Source of the DNA: a virus
Lineage: Duplodnaviria; Heunggongvirae; Uroviricota; Caudoviricetes
Direction: 5' to 3' (one strand)
Virus record (IMG/VR): IMGVR_UViG_3300032116_000006
Length of the DNA: 64,000 nt
The notes below the pieces were generated by a model. It had not been told where the DNA came from. It made no database searches and saw nothing but the letters and a program-made list of their open reading frames with translations. This document shows positions 9,026 to 17,364 of the stretch, piece after piece. Within the stretch, counting starts at the first letter, position 1, and each line of letters opens with the position of its first letter. The translations under genes were made by a program, and so were the position numbers.

Positions 9026-9426
9026 AAATCTCTAAAACACATCAAAAATTTGAATATCTGTTAAGATATAGTGATCATCACGTCCGTCGTCGCCAAACTA
9101 CTCTAGAATACCCTGAACTATTTCTTGGACCCAATTGGAAAAATGTCCTGAACTTCTGGATTTATTTGGATACTTTGAGTGATGAAAAGCTTAATTTAAG
9201 TGATGAAAAGCTTAATTTAATTGATAGGCTCTATTCGTCTTTAGATGATTTGGGGACCTTAAAGATATTTTCTTGGAAAGCTGCTAAAGATACTATAGAT
9301 AATGAATATGCAGATGCAGCTTGGTGGGCCACTCCTACAATTGTATATGGTTATGCAACTCTTGAACTCATCGCTTCACAAGAGCTTAAGTCTCTTAAGT
9401 TTCTTCCTTTGTTTTTAACGAAATGA
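9022..9426 (+). CDS. MKISTTHK-family paralog 2
   Basis: Same conserved termini. The core contains the in-frame tandem duplication SDEKLNLSDEKLNL. ATGA overlap with paralog 1. Confidence 0.7.
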   Translation: MKISKTHQKFEYLLRYSDHHVRRRQTTLEYPELFLGPNWKNVLNFWIYLDTLSDEKLNLSDEKLNLIDRLYSSLDDLGTLKIFSWKAAKDTIDNEYADAAWWATPTIVYGYATLELIASQELKSLKFLPLFLTK

Positions 9427-9788
9427 AAATCTCTAAAACACATAAAGAATTTGCAGATGATTTAAAAGACCAAACTGCTCTAGAATACCCTGAACGATTT
9501 CTAGGACCCAATTGGAAGAATGTCCTGAACTTCTGGATTTACTTGGATACTTTGAGTGATGAAGATTTTGATATAGTTACTAAGCGTTATTTGGATTTAG
9601 ATGCAGATGCTAGAGTTTCTGCTTGGGACAATGCCTTTAAAGCTACTGAAGCTACTATATGTGATGATTATGTATATGTAATTTGGTACTCTGCCGGTAT
9701 AGATGCATCTGTTTATGCAACCCTTGAACTCATCGCTTCACATAAGCTTGAGACTCTCAATTTTCTTCCACTGTTTCTAACCCCATGA
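9423..9788 (+). CDS. MKISTTHK-family paralog 3
   Basis: Conserved termini. Core of the 'DARVSA.DNAFKA.EATI' subtype. Confidence 0.7.
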   Translation: MKISKTHKEFADDLKDQTALEYPERFLGPNWKNVLNFWIYLDTLSDEDFDIVTKRYLDLDADARVSAWDNAFKATEATICDDYVYVIWYSAGIDASVYATLELIASHKLETLNFLPLFLTP

Positions 9789-10150
9789 AAATCTCCACCG
9801 CCCATCAAAAATTTGCAGATCGGTTAAATAACCAAACTGCTCTAGAATACCCTGAACTTTATCTAGGACCCAATTGGAAGGATGTATTGAACTTCTGGTT
9901 GTACTTGGATACTTTGAGTCGTGAAGATTTTAGGTTACTTAATAAGCGTTATTATGCTTTAGAAGAAGATGCTAGAGTTTCTGCTAGAGACAATGCTTTT
10001 AAAGCTGCTGAAGCTACTATAGTTCACGAATATGGAAATGTAGCTTGGTTTGTAACACCTATATATGTATCTAGTCATGCAACCCTTGAACTCATTGGTT
10101 CTCATAATCTAGAATCTCTTAAGTTTCTTCCTTTGTTTTTAACGAAATGA
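9785..10150 (+). CDS. MKISTTHK-family paralog 4
   Basis: Conserved termini. 'DARVSARDNAFKAAEATI' subtype. Confidence 0.7.
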   Translation: MKISTAHQKFADRLNNQTALEYPELYLGPNWKDVLNFWLYLDTLSREDFRLLNKRYYALEEDARVSARDNAFKAAEATIVHEYGNVAWFVTPIYVSSHATLELIGSHNLESLKFLPLFLTK

Positions 10151-10515
10151 AAATCTCAACAACACATCAACAATTTGCAGATCGTTTAAGAAACAAAAGA
10201 GCCATAAAACATCCAGAAGAATTTCTAGGTAAAAATTGGAAAGATGTTTTGAACTTTTGGATCTTTATAGATACTTTGAATGAAGATCAGTGGAAGAGTA
10301 TTAAAGATGCTCATTATTCTTTAAGACTCCATGAATGTAATCTTGCTATTGATGCTGCTATTGATGCTGCTTGGCTTGCTGCAGGCGCCGGTGGATGCGA
10401 TGCTGCTTTGTTTACTTCTGGTTATGCTGCTTGCGAAATTATAGGTTCTCATATACTTAAAGAACAAGGTAAATCTTTAGTCTCCTTTCCACTATACTTA
10501 AAATTTTCTCAATAA
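10147..10515 (+). CDS. MKISTTHK-family paralog 5 (divergent)
   Basis: N-terminus MKISTTHQQFADRL and NWKDVLNFWIFIDTL retained. C-terminus diverged (CEIIGSHILKEQGKSLVSFPLYL). Confidence 0.6.
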   Translation: MKISTTHQQFADRLRNKRAIKHPEEFLGKNWKDVLNFWIFIDTLNEDQWKSIKDAHYSLRLHECNLAIDAAIDAAWLAAGAGGCDAALFTSGYAACEIIGSHILKEQGKSLVSFPLYLKFSQ

Positions 10516-11468
10516 AATTTATCACTTCTTTTAAGTTTCTCATTAACATATTGACTTCCACCGATTTTATAATTACTATAAGACTCTGCATCATTTATAA
10601 CAACTCCAAGATATGTAGGCTTAAGAACATAAATTTCTCTTTTTTTATTATTAATATTTAATTCATAATCATAGTTTAAAACACTACTTAAAAATGTTGA
10701 GCTACCAACGCGGCTCAATTTGCCCTGATCATAATATTCAAAATAATAAGTATTACCCGAAGTTGAATTTTCATTTAGCATGTAAGTAACACTTTCATTA
10801 TTTTCAGAAATTTCTGGATTTAGATCTACTGGAGTGTTCTCGACATCATATGTAAACGAATAAACCTTATTATCAGAAAAAGGAATAAAAACTGAAGTGA
10901 TTCTAAAAATTCCATTATAAGATAAATCATTTACATTTGAAATAGTAATAGAATTTCCAACTTTAAGATTTTCAATAGGATCATTCATGGTAACCGTAAC
11001 GACATTTAATTCATTACAAAAAATCTGAGTTATTTTTTTAGAAATCGCTGCAATAAAATTTCCATTGGTCTTCCATTCTTTTTGAATTTTAAGACCTGCT
11101 GGTAAAACTGTAATACCGGCAGATGTTTTTAATTCTTTTGTTTCGTAATGGTGAACATCATAAATGCTATCGTATGAACCATATTTTTCAATTAAATATT
11201 CTTTAAACGAAAAATCATCCAAGGGCCATTCATCTCTTATGTTGATGATATTATTTGAAAGGAGAATGACCCAATCTAAAGTTTCATCTTCATAAAACTT
11301 TTCTGCAACTTGTTCTGGCCGTTCATTACCTAAAACATTATACTTATTAAAATATACGAGATTACCAAAAATATCATCGCGTATTTTATTTTTTCTAAAG
11401 AGATTCTTTATTTGAATGTTTAATTCACTATATTCAAAATTAGGAACACTGCGAAAATAGAAAGACAT
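10509..11468 (-). CDS. hypothetical protein, 319 aa (probable virion/structural module)
   Basis: Long ORF on the - strand in a 4-gene minus-strand block. Its 3' end overlaps the convergent paralog 5 by 7 nt. Confidence 0.55.
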   Translation of the reverse strand: MSFYFRSVPNFEYSELNIQIKNLFRKNKIRDDIFGNLVYFNKYNVLGNERPEQVAEKFYEDETLDWVILLSNNIINIRDEWPLDDFSFKEYLIEKYGSYDSIYDVHHYETKELKTSAGITVLPAGLKIQKEWKTNGNFIAAISKKITQIFCNELNVVTVTMNDPIENLKVGNSITISNVNDLSYNGIFRITSVFIPFSDNKVYSFTYDVENTPVDLNPEISENNESVTYMLNENSTSGNTYYFEYYDQGKLSRVGSSTFLSSVLNYDYELNINNKKREIYVLKPTYLGVVINDAESYSNYKIGGSQYVNEKLKRSDKFY

Positions 11469-11470
11469 TG

Positions 11471-12832
11471 TTAAAAACCGATCTCATCCATTGGAAGTTT
11501 TTGATAATCATCAAAATATAATGGCTCAAGTTCTTGAAATTGCATATCAAGAGAATAAGCAGTCATTGTATTTTCCGCATCATCATAAGTCATATATTGA
11601 TTTGAAGGTGTATAATTCACATTAAAAATCTTAAGTGCACAAGTTTTCATTTGACCGATTGCTTTATGTTTCTTGTCGCTTTTTCCATTAATATATTCAA
11701 TTTCATAAATCATTGGAGTTTTAAGAAAAATATCTGCAACACCTTTTCGTGCTGCCATTGATTGTTTAAATACTCTTATAATTTGCCTGACTTGTTTTGC
11801 TTCTTTTTTATTTCTTGGGGTTAAATCAAATCTAAAGCTAAATGGTCGCAATTCTGGACTTTGGAAGAGAAGTTCTAAATTTGGATTTAAAACCGAACCA
11901 TAAGCTCTACTAAAAAAGTTACTCTGAGATCCTATAGACATTCTAGCAAAGAAAGAATGTAAATAATTGGATATCCCAGCATTTGACTCTTTATCTCTGA
12001 GTAAATTTTCAAAGGTACTCTTAATACTATCAAATTGTTCCTTTAATTCTTTTTGCTGCAATGTTAAGGATGTGAATCCAGCGGCTTGTTCAATTGCATT
12101 CATAGTATCTGTATTCCAATTCACCATATTGCTATCTGATATCCCACCTTGAATTGGAAGCATTATTGTTGACTTTATAATTTTTTCAGTAGTATCAAAT
12201 CGTTCTAGACGCTTTAATCCATCGGTTGTAAAGGCTCGTGGCTTATAATTTATAACTTTAAACTTAATAAAGTCTTGTTCAAATTTATTTTCTTCTAGCG
12301 TTTCAGGATAAAATAACTTTACTGGAAATGGTATAAATTCTTTATCTGCAGTATTTGCTGGAACACCTTCAACGAGAATACTGGGCAATTTTTCAGAATC
12401 TATAGCATAATCACCATCTTCACCATTTAAGGGTTCAGTAAATCTTGAAAGGCCATTTGAGATTATTTCTTCTGGCTGAAGAGTTTTAATTTGATCTCTT
12501 CGCAGTTTCTCAACATTTCCTTTTTTATATACATCATTTATTAAACTTTTCTTAATAATTTCCGATTCATTTTTATTAACAACTTTCACTACATAATTAT
12601 CACTCTTATTTGAAGTTATTTTTGCAACCTTATTACCATTTGGCCTAATCTCAAATACTGTTGTATCACCAGTGCATTGATTAATTACTGTTTCATATTT
12701 TCTTTCTGATGTTGTTAAGTTTAATTCAACACTTATTGGTGCCGATGGGTTTATACTTTGCGCAATGGTAGAAGGATTTTTTTCTGTTAATGTGGCTTTA
12801 AATGGCGGAAGTGTTACAGTTTTACAGGCCAT
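11471..12832 (-). CDS. hypothetical protein, 453 aa (probable virion structural protein)
   Basis: Long ORF immediately upstream of the previous one (2-nt spacing). No catalytic motifs. Confidence 0.55.
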   Translation of the reverse strand: MACKTVTLPPFKATLTEKNPSTIAQSINPSAPISVELNLTTSERKYETVINQCTGDTTVFEIRPNGNKVAKITSNKSDNYVVKVVNKNESEIIKKSLINDVYKKGNVEKLRRDQIKTLQPEEIISNGLSRFTEPLNGEDGDYAIDSEKLPSILVEGVPANTADKEFIPFPVKLFYPETLEENKFEQDFIKFKVINYKPRAFTTDGLKRLERFDTTEKIIKSTIMLPIQGGISDSNMVNWNTDTMNAIEQAAGFTSLTLQQKELKEQFDSIKSTFENLLRDKESNAGISNYLHSFFARMSIGSQSNFFSRAYGSVLNPNLELLFQSPELRPFSFRFDLTPRNKKEAKQVRQIIRVFKQSMAARKGVADIFLKTPMIYEIEYINGKSDKKHKAIGQMKTCALKIFNVNYTPSNQYMTYDDAENTMTAYSLDMQFQELEPLYFDDYQKLPMDEIGF

Positions 12833-12856
12833 TATCAGTCATTTAATATAAGCTAT

Positions 12857-13468
12857 TTATAATGGAATGAAGATTGGTAGAAAGGTTGGAATCTGTAAAA
12901 AGTATTCAAGCTCATGCGGCTTTATTCTATAAAACTTACTTTGAAGTCCACTATACAAATAAGTTCTATGGACACTTTCAACATATTCAGGTGCTCTTTC
13001 CCAGTGAAAATTGAAGCCTTTAAAATACACTGGATGTATTGAATTTAACATAATAACCGGAAATACATCATAATATTTACCCTTTGTCTTGGCAATATAC
13101 TTAAAGGTATAGATTCCATGAAGATCCATTGCCTCTTCAGCTCTGCCCATTTTACGCAGAAGCTCTAGAATAAGATTAAAGTATTGCGGAGGAGATAAGC
13201 CCGGTGGCATCTTTTCAACAAAATTTTTAATTGCATAGAACTCATCTGCTTCTTCTTTAAGCTCTTCAACTTGTCTAATAATTGATCTAGGTTCTTCTTG
13301 ACCAGAAGCCTTTAATCTATTCGTAATTGTCTTTAGTTGATCTGAGAGCCGCTGAAGTCTTATTTCACTTGCTTTACCTAATCTTGAAAAAAATCCTTTA
13401 AGAGCTTGCATTGTGCCAAAAGCAGCTTTCGCGATGTTGCTCATTTTTCTTGGAAATTTCATAGCCAC
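12857..13468 (-). CDS. hypothetical protein, 203 aa
   Basis: ORF in the minus-strand block. Confidence 0.5.
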   Translation of the reverse strand: MAMKFPRKMSNIAKAAFGTMQALKGFFSRLGKASEIRLQRLSDQLKTITNRLKASGQEEPRSIIRQVEELKEEADEFYAIKNFVEKMPPGLSPPQYFNLILELLRKMGRAEEAMDLHGIYTFKYIAKTKGKYYDVFPVIMLNSIHPVYFKGFNFHWERAPEYVESVHRTYLYSGLQSKFYRIKPHELEYFLQIPTFLPIFIPL

Positions 13469-13908
13469 AGCTCCTTTTCAGTTACGAGTTTGAATATAAA
13501 TCCATGGTCTATACAAAATCTTTGAGCTGCTTCCCATTTGGCTAAATTTTTCGCATAAGTTTTAGTTTCAGTAATATATGTTTTACTTCTTTTTCTAGGT
13601 GATGGTTTCGGTGGCATAGTTTGCCTTTTAGGTTTTATTTCAAGAATATACTTCTTTATTTCTCCAGATTGTTCCTTTATCTCTACAAATAAATCTGGAA
13701 AATATCTTCTTATTTTTTTAGTTGTTGGGTCAAAATATTTAATTTGAATAGATTCACTGCTCCATGAAAGAATATCTGGCTGTAAATCACACCAATGAAA
13801 AGCCTTTAATTCATAGCTACTTCTATAAACTATATTTCTAATATCTCCAATGTATTTTTGTGGATTTACTGGATTAAAGAAATTTTGTATATAATTCTTT
13901 TCTGCCAC
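13459..13908 (-). CDS. hypothetical protein, 149 aa
   Basis: ORF with an apparent GTG start. First gene of the minus-strand block, reading away from a short divergent region. Confidence 0.5.
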   Translation of the reverse strand: MAEKNYIQNFFNPVNPQKYIGDIRNIVYRSSYELKAFHWCDLQPDILSWSSESIQIKYFDPTTKKIRRYFPDLFVEIKEQSGEIKKYILEIKPKRQTMPPKPSPRKRSKTYITETKTYAKNLAKWEAAQRFCIDHGFIFKLVTEKELWL

Positions 13909-13923
13909 ACTAATAAATAGAAT
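13909..13923 (+). promoter_or_regulatory. late-promoter-like box CTAATAAATAGAATA
   Basis: ATAAATAG resembles the T4-type late promoter TATAAATA. It lies about 25 nt upstream of the ATG at 13945, inside a 36-bp divergent intergenic region. Confidence 0.3.
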
Positions 13924-13944
13924 ACATGGAAGTCTTATTTATTT

Positions 13945-14613
13945 ATGTCTTTACAAGCTAATATTAGCCCAAAACCTATATCAGCTTTAAAGAATACGAT
14001 TCTTAGTCCTTCTTTAACGTCTCATTTTGCTGTAAAAATTGTACCACCAGCTAATGATAGTTTCACTAAATTTATAACCGCTGAAGGTAGGTTTAAAAAT
14101 TTTAATTTATCCAAACTAGATGAATTAACCCTACTTTGTAGCGACGCCGCTCTCCCAGGGAGTAGTTTGTTTACACATGAAGTGACCAATGATTATCCTG
14201 GTGTTACAGAAAAAATGGTCTATCGTAGACAATATGATGACTATTCATCCTTCAATTTTTATGTTGATTTAAACTACGAAATAGTTGAATTTTTTGAAAG
14301 TTGGATAAATTATATTGTTAATGAAAATGATAGAACCAAATATGAGAATTACAGTGCATCATATAGAATGAAATTTAGGGAAGATTATGCAGGTTCAATG
14401 GCAATCACAAAATTTGAAAGAAGTATGGGAGCAGTAATTAATACTCAAAATACTACACCATCACTTTCTGGACCAAGAGTGAACTATCAATTTATTCAAG
14501 CATTTCCAATTTCAATAGATCCAATGCCAGTCTCATATGAAAACACAACAGTTCTCAAATGCAATGTGAATTTTACTTACTTAAGATATATCCGAGAAAG
14601 ACTCACTAAATAA
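13945..14613 (+). CDS. hypothetical protein, 222 aa (structural module)
   Basis: ORF. First of a long + strand run of large genes. Confidence 0.55.
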   Translation: MSLQANISPKPISALKNTILSPSLTSHFAVKIVPPANDSFTKFITAEGRFKNFNLSKLDELTLLCSDAALPGSSLFTHEVTNDYPGVTEKMVYRRQYDDYSSFNFYVDLNYEIVEFFESWINYIVNENDRTKYENYSASYRMKFREDYAGSMAITKFERSMGAVINTQNTTPSLSGPRVNYQFIQAFPISIDPMPVSYENTTVLKCNVNFTYLRYIRERLTK

Positions 14614-14635
14614 CACAAATAACAACATTCAAAAT

Positions 14636-15358
14636 ATGCCATTACCCACAATTGTAACTCCGATTTATGAACTCACTCTTCCTTCAACTGGGCAAGAAAT
14701 TAAATATCGCCCATTTGTTGTAAAGGAAGAAAAAATTCTTCTGTTAGCATTGGAGTCTGAAGATCTTAAAGAGATCACAAATGCAATGAAAATTATTATT
14801 TCAAATTGCATTAAAACTAAGAATATTAAAGTAGAATCACTTCCTTCATTTGATATTGAATATATCTTCCTAAACATTCGCAAAAAGTCTGTTGGCGAAG
14901 AACTTGAATTGAATATTCTTTGTCCGGATGATGGAACCACTGAAATTAAAGTAAAAATTGATATTGATGATATTGAAGTCAAAAAGAATCCGAATCATAC
15001 CAATAAAATTGAAATTAGTAAAGATCTCATTCTAGAGTTAAAATATCCGTCTTTGGATCAATTTATTCGCAATAATTTTAATCCAGAGAATATTACAGTT
15101 GATCAATCATTTGATCTTATCATTGATTCTATTGATAAGTTATATGATAAAGAAAATGTGTATGCTCAAACTGATTATACAAAAGAAGAGTGGCTACAAT
15201 TTTTAGATCAAGTTAATTCGGCACAGTTTATAAAAATTCAAGAATTTTTTGAGACCATGCCAAAACTTTCACATACAATTGAAGTTGTAAATCCTAAGAC
15301 TAAAGTAGAAAGTGAAGTTACTCTTGAAGGGTTAGGAGCTTTTTTTACGTCTCAATGA
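14636..15358 (+). CDS. hypothetical protein, 240 aa
   Basis: ORF. Acidic. Confidence 0.55.
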   Translation: MPLPTIVTPIYELTLPSTGQEIKYRPFVVKEEKILLLALESEDLKEITNAMKIIISNCIKTKNIKVESLPSFDIEYIFLNIRKKSVGEELELNILCPDDGTTEIKVKIDIDDIEVKKNPNHTNKIEISKDLILELKYPSLDQFIRNNFNPENITVDQSFDLIIDSIDKLYDKENVYAQTDYTKEEWLQFLDQVNSAQFIKIQEFFETMPKLSHTIEVVNPKTKVESEVTLEGLGAFFTSQ

Positions 15359-15528
15359 TGTATATGAGTCTTAAGACATATTATGAATTGAATTTTGCCA
15401 TGTGTCAATTTCATAAATGGAGTCTTGAGTCTTTGGAAAATATGTTACCATATGAGAGGGAAGCATATACACTACTATTACAAAATCATCTTGAACAAGA
15501 AGAACAAGAAAAACAGAAGAAGTAAATC

Positions 15529-17364
15529 ATGGCACGCTCCAATCCAAGAAAAAAGAATCTTCCTGATCTTGATACCGTCTTAAAAGAGTTGAGAGAGGAA
15601 AATAAACAAAAGCAACCTCAGGTAGAAAATACCCCCCAACAAACTCAACAAAAAAGTCCAGGAAAATATTCATCTCCTCTAGTAAGACCATCAAGCAGTA
15701 AAAATTGTTGCAATTGCTGCAAAGATATGCTAGCAGTATTGAGCACTATCAATGACTCTGCAACAAAAATTTTATCTGCCCTTAAGGCCGAACATCTTCT
15801 AGATAAAAAGACTGCAGAAAAATTTAAAAAAGATCAGGAAGAGAATGAGCGTAGAGAAAAAGAGAATCTCTTAGAATCTTCAGGAAGAAAATTATCAACT
15901 TCATTAAAAAGGGCTGTTGCACCTTTAACAAATGTATTAGACTCAATTTTCAAATTTCTTTTATTTACATTAGCTGGACGAGTTGTAGGTAAAATTCTCA
16001 AGTGGTTTGCAGATCCTTCAAATGAAAGAAAAGTAAAGTCATTAACTAGATTTCTTAGAGATTGGTGGCCAGCAATACTTGGCGCCTTTGTTTTATTTGG
16101 AACTAGATTTGGAGCTGCAATTAGATCAACAGTAAGAATGGCAATTTCAACCATTCTTTATCTTAAGAAGATTGGTATTCCAGGTATCATTGCTGGTTTA
16201 AAGAAATTTGGTAAATTTGGTCTAATTGCTGGTGGAGTTACTGGAGCAGCTTTTATTGCTAATAAACTTTTAAATCCTGATAAAAAAGAAGATAAACAAT
16301 CAGATAATCCAAATACAAATAAAGAACCAGAGAGATCTACAACAACTCCACCATTAAAAATGGCTGGAGGAGGATTAGTTCCTAGATTGAGCATAATGTT
16401 CCCGGAGGAAAGACATGTAGATGAGATAAGTTATGCTGAGGGTGGTCCAATTGATAATGCAAGTGGCATTTCAATTACTGGAGCTGGCCCAGATACTCAG
16501 TTAATAGCAGCTCAACCTGGAGAAATAGTTATTTCAAAGGCTGCAGTAGATAAATTTGGGGCAGATACATTTTTAAGAATGAATCTCGCTGCCGGTGCAA
16601 CAAATAAGCCAAAGTTTGCTGATAATATTCAATTGGCAAAGCAGGGTGGTATGGTTGGTAAAATGTCACCACCACCTTCTCCTAATAATCAAAATTTTAA
16701 TATAGCTGCTCCAAATCTTACTTTTCCTGTTAATAATTCATTTTCTCAGCGCAGAGGAAATTCAAAAGTTTCCTTCAATATTCCACCACCAAATCAAAAG
16801 ATTAAAAATTCTCAAATTAACTATAATTTAGCAAATTCATCATTTCCACGGATAAGTTTGGATAATCATAGTCAGAGTAATAAAAACTATGACTCAAGAA
16901 CTTTGTCTAGTAAATATAATTTAATGTCTCCAAATTTATCACAAGATAAATTTACAAATTATAATTCAAACCGATACAAACTTGTATCAAACAATTCAAC
17001 AGAAGAGCCTAGACAAACTTCTAGAAATTCTCCCATGCAAATGGCTAAAATGGGTGGAAGAGTATTGGCTAGAAATAAACCTCAGCAATATTCAGCATCT
17101 TATGGACTAAAAACCGAAGAACCACCGATAACTTTCAATATAAAGACTCATTTAGCATCAAAACCTGAAACAATAACTGCGCCTAGACCTAGAATTGCAA
17201 GAACTATAAACATTTCAGAACTTCCAGCTATTGATCTAAGAGCGAATAAAATAGTTAATAATCCTCAGGCTCAGTCAGAAGTTCCAGATTTTTCTGCAAT
17301 TCCAAGATTATCTGATCGTTATGGTGATAATGGAACTCTTGAAATATATGGAATTGAATTATAA
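15529..17364 (+). CDS. large virion-associated protein, 611 aa (glycine-motif protein, possible internal/tape-measure-like protein)
   Basis: N-terminal coiled-coil/charged region with a CC-x-CC cluster, then a hydrophobic segment. Repeated short motifs MAGGGLV, AEGGPI, AKQGGMVGK, MAKMGGRV. Asn/Ser-rich low-complexity C-terminus. Confidence 0.55.
   Translation: MARSNPRKKNLPDLDTVLKELREENKQKQPQVENTPQQTQQKSPGKYSSPLVRPSSSKNCCNCCKDMLAVLSTINDSATKILSALKAEHLLDKKTAEKFKKDQEENERREKENLLESSGRKLSTSLKRAVAPLTNVLDSIFKFLLFTLAGRVVGKILKWFADPSNERKVKSLTRFLRDWWPAILGAFVLFGTRFGAAIRSTVRMAISTILYLKKIGIPGIIAGLKKFGKFGLIAGGVTGAAFIANKLLNPDKKEDKQSDNPNTNKEPERSTTTPPLKMAGGGLVPRLSIMFPEERHVDEISYAEGGPIDNASGISITGAGPDTQLIAAQPGEIVISKAAVDKFGADTFLRMNLAAGATNKPKFADNIQLAKQGGMVGKMSPPPSPNNQNFNIAAPNLTFPVNNSFSQRRGNSKVSFNIPPPNQKIKNSQINYNLANSSFPRISLDNHSQSNKNYDSRTLSSKYNLMSPNLSQDKFTNYNSNRYKLVSNNSTEEPRQTSRNSPMQMAKMGGRVLARNKPQQYSASYGLKTEEPPITFNIKTHLASKPETITAPRPRIARTINISELPAIDLRANKIVNNPQAQSEVPDFSAIPRLSDRYGDNGTLEIYGIEL

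Noticed and set aside
8648-10515. Diversity-generating retroelement (DGR) as the source of family variability
   Set aside because: There is no reverse transcriptase or template repeat in the window. Variation is not biased toward adenine positions and involves cassette-like blocks and indels.
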